Assembly (NCBI GenBank): GCA_040954595.2
Contig: CM082578.2
Span: 11,167,166 to 11,231,165, forward strand
Length of the DNA stretch: 64,000 bases
Direction: 5' to 3'
Source: Balanoglossus misakiensis
Taxonomy: Eukaryota; Animalia; Hemichordata
A program made the translations under genes and the position numbers. Below are positions 53,619-64,000 of this stretch, in pieces. The notes beneath the pieces were generated by a model. It saw nothing but the letters and a program-made list of their open reading frames with translations, was not told where the DNA came from and did not search any database. Position 1 is the stretch's first letter, and each line of letters starts with the position of its first letter.

Positions 53619-56600
53619 TTACAGCGTGAGTGAATCCATTTTTTGGGAAGCGCCCTCTTCGGGCGTGGCTCCTTCATTCTTGGCCTTCTTCTTCTTCCCT
53701 TCTTTGTTCTTCTTTTGTTTTTTGGCCTCTTGTTCGTCGATGGGGGCGGGCTTCACAAATTTGATGATGTCTTGCATATCTGCGAGAACAAATTGTGATG
53801 TGATATACCAAGACTGAAAATGAATATTTCAAGGAGAAGGCATTCATTCAACTTCCACTGGATGATGGGCGAGGCTGTGAACCCCACCAAACGCAATCCA
53901 TCTTTACTGTATCTTATTTTTTTTTAACTTGGAAAATTCCAAGGAGGTGTTTACTTACTGGGCGGCATGTACTCTTTAAGTACATCTGGTATAAGAATGC
54001 CTTCTTCAGTTTGATAATTTTCTAAGATAGCACAGATCGTCCTGGTGGTGGCGCACATTGTGGCATTCAACATGTGGACAAACTCAGCCTGAAAAAAATG
54101 GGTGATAAAATTCTCATGAATAAATAATTACACACAATACTCAAGATTCATAATGTACATGTAATCCAGTGTAAATAATAAGCACATCCTCTATATTAAA
54201 GGGGAAATCCGTTGTAGCTGATTTCTACATAATTTGGTAGCTTTGATGTCACTCTTTCAGAAAAAAACATATTCGCCATGTATAGGTCGCGCGATTTTTT
54301 ACAAAATCTAGAGAAAGTTCCAATATGGCGTTTACTGTAATTTGAATCATGGGAAAAAAAGCGCCAGGACCAACTTCCGCCCACCATGCTGTGGGTGATA
54401 CCATTCTCCGATAGGTGTCACTGGGCGACAGACTAGGCGTATTTTCATAGCTATTGTTTGTTCTTTGCATCAGTTGATAAACAATCATCAGCAAAGTTGA
54501 AAATTTGTCATCTATTGACAGTTTTCATGAGCTATAACCCATCGAAAATATGCAAATACGCTTAGCTTGTGACGCAGTGACACCAATCGGAAAATGGTAT
54601 CACCCACACTAAGGTGGGCGGAAGTTGGTCCTGGCGCTTTTTTTCCCATGATTCAAATTACAGTAAACGCCATATTGGAACTTTCTCTAGATTTTGTAAA
54701 AAATCGCGCGACCTATACATGGCGAATATGTTTTTTTCTGAAAGAGTGACATCAAAGCTACCAAATTATGTAGAAATCAGCTACGACGGATTTCCCCTTT
54801 AAACAGATTAAAGCAGTAGGCATTGTTAAAGAACAGTGAATAACTTTGCAAATTACTTATTGAAATAAGTGAAATATATGGAATCTCAAACATCAAAGCA
54901 AAACCACAATGAAGGTCTACAACAACAAATAGCATCTTGGAAGAATCTTGAACCCATCACCCACCTTGTCCCCCATCTTCTTAGTCTGGCCGTATCTGAC
55001 CAGCAGTCTCCTGGCCTGATAATCCAGGCAATTGGAACAGGACACTAGTTCCCGGAATGCGCCCGATCCCGGAAACCACGCTTCCAGATCAAGCTTTTTA
55101 GAGGCTGCATTGTTCAGTTCACCTGAGAAACGCAAATGCAATCAATAAGGTCAGCCATTCAGGTCATGTCCGAATGGAGCCCATACGCTGTGACCCCTCC
55201 AACAGTAATGCCGTTGAACTGCTGCCATGGACAACAGACTGCTGTGTAATTCAGGATGTAGAAGAATATATGCAGGTGGTTGTACAGTGCATGTGAAGAA
55301 ACGGTTATCTCAATCACATACCTGAAACAATGTTGACTATCCTGTAGGGTATTCCCAGAGATTTACAGTACTCTTCGGCATTGTCAATCATCTGGTTGAA
55401 CATCTCCCATGACTTGCCATCGTTGGGCGAGGTCAGACAAAACTGCTCTACCTGTGAGGAGTGAAGAGCTCCACAAAGTCAAACGAAAGGTACTGTACAT
55501 ATCAGTTTTTTCGAAATAAACTTGCATGGTCATTGTATGGACTCAGACCATGTCTGAAGATTCACACCATCCACAAATTACCTTTTCAAACTGATGGACT
55601 CTGAAAATACCCCGGGTATCCCGGCCGTGCGACCCAACTTCCTGTCGGAAGCACGTCGAAAATCCCGCGTAGCAAATTGGAAGAGTCTCTGTCGGTATCC
55701 ATTCGTCTCGGTGGTAAGCAGCGATTGGTTGTTCTGATGTGGCGATCAGGTACTTTTCTTCGTAGCCGCCCTCGTTTCCTTTATCGCTGCCTTTGCCTAT
55801 CACCTGCAGAAAGTTGGTGAAGTCCTTCAGTATTCGAATCACCGGGACGATGGAAATATTTGGACTGTATGTGAATTGAAGAATTCTTTAACTAGACTAA
55901 AATACGGGTACGGGGGAAAACAGACCCTTTCTCCGTCACTCACCTTGTAAAGTTCATCGTCGAACTGACTCAACTGGGCCACCTCCTGCATGACCTCTTT
56001 CCTCATGAAGAACGGTGTGTAGAGTGGCGTGAAGCCCTTCTTGGCCAGCATTCTCAACGCATGCTGTATGAGGGCCTGCTCCAGGAATATAATGGCTCCC
56101 TGCAAATCAAAGGGAAGTCGCTTGTTGAACACGGCCTACATTCCAACTAACAATTGCAAAGTCTTTCTTTCAAGTCAAGAACAGCTGATGTGTTAAAAGA
56201 GGACTTACTTTGAGGAAGTAGCCTCGGCTGCCGGACACGACAGCTCCTTTTTCTTGCTCCATGCAATCTATCATGTGAATCAAATCCACGTGGGAATACT
56301 TCTTTCGGCCCTCTATCTCGCCAAAGGTACGCTCAATGCCATTGTCATCCTGTACAGAATAGAGAATAAAAAAAGAGTGAGGAACAGGACTGCACAGTCA
56401 GTTTTGGTTGACATCATCGAATAATTTCATTACACAACCTTTACTACTCAAATCACACAAAATATATGTAATTTTCAGAAGATATTTTAAGGGTAACAGA
56501 ATATGCCAAACTGTTCTGTACCATGAGGCTTCTAAGGAACAGTAATAGAACATTATATTTGTATGCCATTGTTGTACTGTTTATCAACCAGTATTATTGT

Positions 56601-58387
56601 TCGTGGTTCCATAAAGCTTTTGGAAAATTCACTCCAGGCACTACAGCCAGCATCAAACAGGAACCCTCGCACTGACTGAAAACCCAAATGAACCTACCTC
56701 ATCACTGCTAACTGGTACCGACTCGTGGACCAAATTTCCGATTTCCTTCAAATTTTCATTTCGAATAGCTTCCATTTCCAGCCTTTCTTTGTCACAGTTT
56801 GCAATCTGTTCGTCGACCAGAACTCGAATCTTCTTGATCTGATTGACGGTCAAATCCTAAAAACAGACAAAAAAGCCATGTATCACAAATATACACATTG
56901 AAAAATGTATCTGATGTTACAGATGCACAAAATACCAATATCAAGAAAGACTTCTAAAACTTGTTCTTCATGATTGTCACTGCATCTATGATACCTTGTA
57001 CGTCCGTACGTCACTGAAAATGCCATACCTGGCCAACTTATTTTTCATGAGGGGTACCACACAGAATAGTCAAAGCAAGTATTTTTTTCTTACTTTTAAA
57101 ATCTCGTCGTTCAGGGTTTCAAGTTTTTCCAAGACAGCCTGAGGGACTTCTTCCGCAGCATCGCCGACCGGTTCCTTTTTCTGAAAGAGTCAAATAACAA
57201 CGGTACTTTGAAAAAGCCAACCGGACAAAAATGTTACACTCTTAATTAATCATTCTCAAAGTAAAACAGCCTTCTGTATCTGGTCAGAGTGAGTCTGATA
57301 TACATGTACCAGTACTCCAGAACTTGAATCCAACAAGCTGAAAGTTTACTGCATAATAAAACACTGTTCCATGGTGGACGTACCAGGACTGAATGAGATT
57401 ACGCCGTCAACTTTATAAGTCCAAAGGTTTACATGTGCACCAAATCACCTACATGTTTTTGAGTCCACTCCAGGCATATCAGTCATTTGCAAAGACTGGC
57501 TGGCGTCTGTGAATTTACCATAGGTCTATATTTACTTACCTTCATTTTATCACCAATGGTTTTGCTGCACAAATTTTTCAGTTTATTCCAATTATCAGCT
57601 TGGTACCTCACTGAAATATATTTATAAACAGATAATAAATATACATAAAACAAGGTATCACATACTGCCCTGTATAAATGTTACATAAGGCGGATCTTCT
57701 TTAAACAATTGCTTAATCACGAGGCGAATTAGAATAATTAAAGTTTGCTGTAAACAGTTATACAAAGATACAATAGGAAGTGCCAGACGGCGTGAACCCG
57801 CACAGGTCAACTGCGAGGTCATCCAAAGTTCATTTTCTGCACTTTGTTTAGAACTGGTAGTGGGATGTGGTAGTCTGTAGACTGGCAAAAAAATCGTGAA
57901 ACTTCATCCAACTCGATTATTGCTCTGTCAGCGCCTCATCTGTTCAGTACGCTCAACAAGCACGCAGTCTGTACTGAATCCAAGGACATGTTTCAGCAAT
58001 TGACACACGACAACATGTGCAAATGCGAGTCCGTATGTTCAGGCCGCATCCGCCTACACTCACTGCTCATGGGTTACGTTTACAGACACCATTTGGTGAT
58101 CAAATACACCGCATAACACTGGTGAGATCCCATAATCTAAATGACATTCTGCCAACTACAAAGACACAACACTTTACACGTGAGCAGTCTGGTTGCATAT
58201 GCTATGAATGATACAGCTGGCAGAGAGCTGAACCGGAAGGCCTTTACTTACGTTTTCGCCATTTTGTGTCGGCTTCCACTACTTTGTCGACTAACGTTAC
58301 ATCTTTGTACCGTTTAGCCTGGTTTTCTTTTATCTTGGCTGGGTCTCCACCCTTATCAACCCTGAAAAGATCCAAATCAAGCACCAT
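53619..58387 (-). CDS. SARS1: Seryl-tRNA synthetase, cytoplasmic (class IIa aaRS), 516 aa, 11 exons
   Basis: Exons 58387-58252, 57610-57540, 57180-57094, 56856-56698, 56349-56209, 56099-55944, 55803-55582, 55451-55322, 55122-54965, 54088-53959, 53779-53619 (1551 nt). N-terminus [25 protein letters not shown], motif 2 [32 protein letters not shown], motif 3 [20 protein letters not shown]. Confidence 0.97.
54200..54798. mobile_element. Foldback Kolobok-like MITE (599 bp) in SARS1 intron 9
   Basis: TTAA|AGGGGAAATCCGT ... ACGGATTTCCCCT|TTAA. TIRs are near-perfect for ~185 bp and continue imperfectly to ~245 bp. The ~100-bp central loop contains a satellite-like segment (54491-54542). Confidence 0.9.
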
Positions 58388-58494
58388 TGCACTCGGAATG
58401 CGGTTCGCTTTGCAGTACCTCTCTGTGCTACATGTACATTCACGGGCAATATGTCGTGGATTACACGCCTTCCTGTATGTGAATGGGGAAGACA

Positions 58495-58520
58495 CACAGA
58501 CGGGGCATGCGCAGAGCGGC
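58495..58520 (-). promoter_or_regulatory. NRF1-like site in SARS1 proximal promoter
   Basis: GGGCATGCGCAG ~120 bp upstream of the SARS1 ATG. GCATGCGC-type motifs are typical of housekeeping promoters. Confidence 0.35.
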
Positions 58521-59147
58521 CGTCAGCCCATGTTGGCTTTCGGCTGTACATGATTGCATCAGATCTTCGACTTGAATAATTTGTTCAACTTTTTTTCTGA
58601 TGTAATATATTAGATGTTATAAAACGGAAGGAGAATCTTTTCGGAGTGGTCTTTATATAAAACAGGAGGTTGTCATAGACTCCCGTGATAACACATTTTT
58701 TTCAAAGACGAATAACAAGCTTTCTGTGTCCAAGTTTTTGTCGTTGTATTGCCTCCTCTAAAGACCATGATGAAAATTGAATATTTTGTAAGAAAAAACA
58801 ATGTTGAATGTAGCCTAGTACCTACGTGAACCTTACAATCTAACCCCTTCGTCTAATTTCTATGTCACGTCACTTACTTCAAACAAATGCTGTGGTGTCG
58901 GTACTTAGCTTAGGCCAGATTTGTGAACCAATTCGACCTTGAATACGGGTCTATCGGCATTTATTTTGTTCAGATCAGATTGGAATGATCAGGCTACAGC
59001 CACTGTGGTGATACTGTGATTGCCACGTACATGTACAATGATTTCTCCGACACGGCGGGGTGGTGTGTAGTCTAATAGTCGGAGGGCGGTAGGCCTAATG
59101 TTCATTAACAACTGCTTCTGTGCTCAGTCGTAATTCCGTCGCTGTAA

Positions 59148-59948
59148 GGCTGCATTCACAAACACCTCTGGAGGGGGGGGCAGGAGAATTGAGGGGGGGG
59201 ATTTGAAAAAATTGAGGGTATGTAAGGGGGGGATTTGAAATAATTTAGGGACTGAAAGGGGGGGACTTGAAAACTTTAACGACTAAATATTTATTTTGAG
59301 TCCACAAAAATGCAGTTTCGCGCCCTTTATTTTACAAAATTTTCTAACGTGGGAGGGGGACACCCCCTCCCACACCCACCCCCTCCATTCATCAACACCT
59401 TTCAATCATTGACTGGTTTATCTAGTGTCCCAGGTCAGGGGACTTGCCCCACCCCATGATAACTTTGAGCCCCGATGGTTAAATTTGTCCTCCCCAACAT
59501 ACCGGTAGTTGAGTTAATTTGCTTTTGCCGGGTTCATTAAAATGCAGCTTTGAGCTCTGTATTTTAGAAAATTTTCTTACGTGGGAGGGGGACACCCCCT
59601 CCCAAACCCACCCCCTTCAATTCTCGGTTTACAATGTCTCCCAACACAGAATACAAATATATGTACTTAAAAAATAAAAACAATGTTCAGTTTTAATACC
59701 CACTGATGAGGGGAAACATCAGTTTCAAATTCTTTTCATGGGAGCGCTGTTTTTCTTTTTACAAGATAGATAGGTGATGTGTTTTGCTCTGTGAAAGAAA
59801 ATGGGGGGGGGATTTCAAAATTTTGGCAGTTCGGAAGGGGGGGATTTGAAAATATTGGCAGTTCGGAAGGGGGGGCATGTGAAAATTAGCGGTAAAAAAA
59901 ATTGAATTCTCCCGCCCCCCCCCTCCAGAGGTGTTTGTGAATGCAGCC
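59148..59948 (-). mobile_element. PIF/Harbinger-type MITE, ~801 bp, copy 2 (inverted relative to 19349-20154)
   Basis: TAA TSD (59145-47, 59949-51) and the same TIRs. The interior is the near-identical reverse complement of copy 1 (a few substitutions and homopolymer length differences). Confidence 0.92.
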
Positions 59949-60299
59949 TAATGGATTTAAATTTTTGCGCTCTTTCTCATAAATTGGCATTTTGGAACAT
60001 TTCCATGTACGAACGATGTACATGTATTCCTCAAAATTTCCTGACAACTCTCACCAGCCGCAATAATTACAATAGATTGTACCACCACTCCTAAAATGCA
60101 ACGACGTGTACCTTAGCCCAGTCACAGCCCATGGATACACCTGCGATACAGAGAATGTAGGCTGGCATAACCTTGGTACTGGTGGTGCATATCAGAGAAT
60201 TAGTTTATGAGTTTTGATTGTTTGATAGTCGGTCTGCAACACTGACTCGTGTAGATTTTAAGCCAGTTCAAGACTCAACTCGACAACAAGTGGGTGATC

Positions 60300-63200
60300 A
60301 TGAAAAACGAGAAAGGTAAGTTTCGCCATTTCATGTTGGAGGCATGTGGCATTTTCTAATCATTTACCAGAGTGTAACCCCACTTTATATTGTCCCAGGA
60401 AAAAGAAGTGGTCCTTAAAAGTAAATGTCGTCTTCAGTTTTTAAGGGCCACTTCAAGTAGTCCGTTTGCGTGTGTTTCGTTCAATGGCAGCTTCGATAAA
60501 CCATGGATTGGACCCTGAAGAAATGAACCTAATACTTATAGATCGTCGTACATCGTATACACATGTACCAGTTGTAAACTCCTGAATCGATTATGGCCTG
60601 TCGATCTACAGAGGGCCCGTACGCGTTCATTCGTCTACACAGAAACCAAAAGACGTCTAATCCGAGTCATCCGACTGTCTGTTGCTTAAATATTTCTCAC
60701 ATAGCCGTAACACTAATACTCTTAGATAACTCCTAGATCATCTGACCTGACGGGTACTATTTTCGGCCTATCTTCAAAAGCATTTCAAAACGTGGTTTTC
60801 ATTACTTGTGAAGACGAGAAGTAGAATTGATGGCAGGGTGGAATGGTTTATAGGGTGAGAACTGGCCAGGGTGATTTACAACATTACAACCGTTTGTAGA
60901 TTTACATGCAGTAAGCAGAGTCACTGATAAGAAGGACGGTTTAACAGGCTCTTCTAAATCAATTGTGACTGTATATGGGATCCCCTAAAAGCATTGAAAC
61001 AAGAAATCTTGTAGTGACAAACAACTTCAAACAGCCTGCAATCTGCACAACAACCAGAAGACGCGCGAACAAGGTTTCAATTAAGTGTTCAGCCAGTGTG
61101 AGAGAGTTTTCTTGCTTTATTAGGAGACCCACATTCGATTGGCCAATGCATGTATTCTTGTCGTTGCTCTGCTTTATAGGCATACATCTGCAAAATGTCG
61201 CAAAGTCCGATTGTAAAATAGAGTAGTAAAATATTCTTGACTGGAGTCCCTTTTTAGGTCAATTTTATCACATATCTTTTAAAACTCTGCCTTTAAAGAA
61301 GGGTAACGTTGTAGGGACGTCGCCGAATTACATACAAGTAGCAGCCGTGGCGGTTTTAGTTCGAAGGATGCTCCTAATATGCATGATTAATTATCTTCAT
61401 AACGTTTAAGTCAATTCCTGCCTATCACTGATGGCATCAAAATTCTCTTCTACATATTAGACGAGAAGAAAAACGGGGAAGCCCTGGCCGAAGACAGCAC
61501 ATTCAATGAAGGGATGCCTCCCAGAGAGTGTGGCCACGATCTGCGCATATATGTCGCCTGTCTATACCTTGTCTACTTCACTATAGCATGGGAAAGTACG
61601 TTTGGAATCGGCGCCCTAACAACGTTGGAGAAGCGCTACCAGTTTTCCGCCGCCCAGCTAGGGATTCTGGCATCGATCACAGCCATAGGCACTGCCTGTA
61701 CCGTTCCGTTTATATCCTACTTTCTGGGAGGTCGGGACTGCCACCGGCCAAGGTGGGTCGGCGTCAGCGTGCTGGTGATAGCACTGGGCAATATCGTGTC
61801 GGACCTGCCCCAGTTTTTCGGTGATTATTACAGGTACCCGTCGTCGATGACTAATTATACCACGGGCTCGCTCGGAGGAAGTGGCCTATGTGATGAGCCT
61901 GACATGATCAATGCAACGGAAAACGCTGCGTGTCAGGAAGGTACCGCAGACCAACTTACCACAGAAGGAACCATGGCTTTTTACTTGATATTAATTGGCC
62001 AGTTGATATCTGGCGCTGGCTTCGGACCAGTGGCGACGATTGGTGTTTCCTACATCGACGATTATGCAGGGAGTAAGTCACCTCTGTATATTGGTAAGTC
62101 GGGTATTTTCTATATCCACTGACAACCGACCCCACAAGGGGTGCGGCTTGGCCAAATCATGTAAAATGCGTTAATACTTACATGTATTTGTGAAACCATT
62201 CTTCTCTAACAAACTTTATGGTGCACAAGAAATTCAACTTTTATCATGGATTGGAACATTTCTTAGGAATCCCGATCGATTACCATGGGGTTCATTTTAA
62301 TTTATTCAATTGCAAAGTTGATGCATTGCATTATTTATTTACTTATTTTTTATCGATTGATTGGTCGGTTGATCGATCGATCGAGTTATCAATCGATTGA
62401 CTGATTGATTAATCGATTCTATCTGTCTGCCTGCCTGTCTGTCTTGATATTAGGAATTATTGAGTCTACCTGGGGAATTGGAATGCCTTGCGGTTTTTTT
62501 GTTAGCGCCGTCGTACTGTTACTGTATGTGGATTTCTACCGTGTTGACATGACAACCTTGGAGATAGACCCCAGTGATTCGCGCTGGGTAGGAGCGTGGT
62601 GGCTGGGCGGTATCATTGGGACATTCACCTACATCCTGGCGGCTCTGCCACTCTTCTGGTTCCCGCGGTGGCTCGGCGACGAAAGGCCACGCCCGCCCGC
62701 TGTTCACAAGGAAGAGGAGAGCCGCAGTGAAGAGACGGCGTCTGCGCTGACAGCAACCAAGGGTACGTGCACGGCGGCATGGCAGTGGCACTCCCAGGAA
62801 AAGTGGGCATCCACGCTTGTTCAACAAAATCTTAAGATATACCTGTTTTCCAGGACCTGTCATACAACACCATTTTAAGTGAAATATTGGAAGAAAATTT
62901 GACACTGTGGCAAAACACCCACCGATTTAAGGCATAGGGCAGGGAATGGATTTGTGAGTTTGGAGTAACTCGTAGGCTTTCTAATCCTTTCTGTGGCCGT
63001 ACATGGTTTTAGAATAGGTGCCCCTTTCTTGCTTACACGGACTGTGATGATACATGCATGATGAACAGAACAAAACTCGCCCTTCGCTTTCTGACAGCTG
63101 GTCTTTCACTTCATTATTTCCAGGACTTTTGAGAGCGACGTGGTCTTTAATTAAAAATCCTGTTTTTATATTGACGAATCTGGCAGTCACGTTGTCTAGG

Positions 63201-63967
63201 ACGTTCGGTTTCCTCCTTTTCCTTCCAAAGTACTTCGTTAAAGATCTTTACTACACCATCACTATGACAAACGTCCTAATGGGTAAGTAACATTTACTAT
63301 ATTTCCTGACGGACCTTTAAAGGGGCGACGGTCATCTTCTTATGCCCATGTGCCAAACAGAATTCAAAATAAAAATCTCTCAACGGAAATAGTGTAGTCA
63401 ATGCTTTCCATTTCAGGGATACTGTGGTTGTTTCCCTTGGCACCGGCTCGAATAATCACCGGGATTCTCATCAAGAAGCTGAAACTGAGTGTGTACGGCC
63501 TGGTGAAGATGAGTATCATCATCACCTTGGGAGCGTTGTCAATGCTTGTCTTGATGATACCGTTTGGTTGCGAAGGAGAACCGATTGCTGCCTACACTGG
63601 GTATATAAACCCCCCTCCTCATACACACCGATCTTCATATATGTATATATTGATTTTATATTGATTGTCATTTCTCTTTTAACACGTCGGGCGACGGGAA
63701 TCTAGAACATGTATCTCCGAAAATTGGTCCGGGATTTTTGAAAAGATGCTGATCAGTTAAAGATCGGTGAAAAGCAGGACTGGTTAAATCTGCCGATCAC
63801 ACGAGAGTTATCTTGCTTTATTTCTTCTTAGCAATCATCCCGACATGACTGTATCGTGTAATGCGGACTGTGGCTGTACCACGGACCATTACCAGCCAGT
63901 CTGTGGATCTGACAACTTGAACTATTACTCTCCGTGCTATGCCGGCTGTCGATCCGCGAACGCTACG
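60300..63967 (+). CDS. Organic anion transporting polypeptide (SLCO/OATP family), 5' part; gene continues beyond the window
   Basis: Exons 60300-60315, 61461-62093, 62454-62762, 63124-63282, 63417-63600, 63832-63967, phase-consistent. LTTLEKRYQFS, HRPRWVG, GVSYIDD..SPLYIG, OATP signature DSRWVGAWWLG, Kazal-like loop CNADCGC..YQPVCGSD..YYSPCYAGC. Subfamily not assignable by eye. Confidence 0.93.
62355..62445. repeat. Degenerate tetranucleotide repeats (GATT/GATC, then TCTG/CCTG)
   Basis: Direct reading; precedes the SLCO exon 3 acceptor. Confidence 0.7.
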
Positions 63968-64000
63968 GTAAGTAACTATATGCATGTACCTGCTAAACCC

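Noticed and set aside
54196-54802. Two mirror-image ORFs ([19 protein letters not shown]...)
   Set aside because: Artefact of the long terminal inverted repeats.
54196-54802. piggyBac assignment for the TTAA-flanked elements
   Set aside because: Termini are AGG..CCT rather than the CC..GG typical of piggyBac; Kolobok fits better.

Overview
Eukaryotic (invertebrate animal-like, intron-rich) genomic DNA, not prokaryotic. 1-~11470 is an AT-rich 87/88-bp satellite array (~130 monomers) with local higher-order repeats and a decaying right edge. ~11500-16400 is a transposon-like block with a 126-bp minisatellite, duplicated exon/intron-like modules on the minus strand and no long ORF. Three spliced genes follow. 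(1) An 18-exon, ~1148-aa Tec/Btk-derived protein (+, 23636-50300): PH, Btk zinc motif, SH2 and kinase fold, no SH3, catalytic motifs lost (pseudokinase), and a ~490-aa Ser-rich/coiled-coil tail ending in a PDZ-type motif. (2) Cytosolic seryl-tRNA synthetase (-, 58387-53619, 11 exons, 516 aa) with a UNE-S-like basic tail. (3) An OATP/SLCO transporter (+, from 60300, running off the window). Non-autonomous DNA transposons are interspersed: two near-identical inverted Harbinger-type MITEs 40 kb apart, a short Harbinger MITE and two TTAA-flanked Kolobok-like elements. One of the TTAA elements is a 599-bp foldback whose loop carries a diverged partial copy of the satellite monomer. All coordinates and counts were read by eye and no database searches were run.
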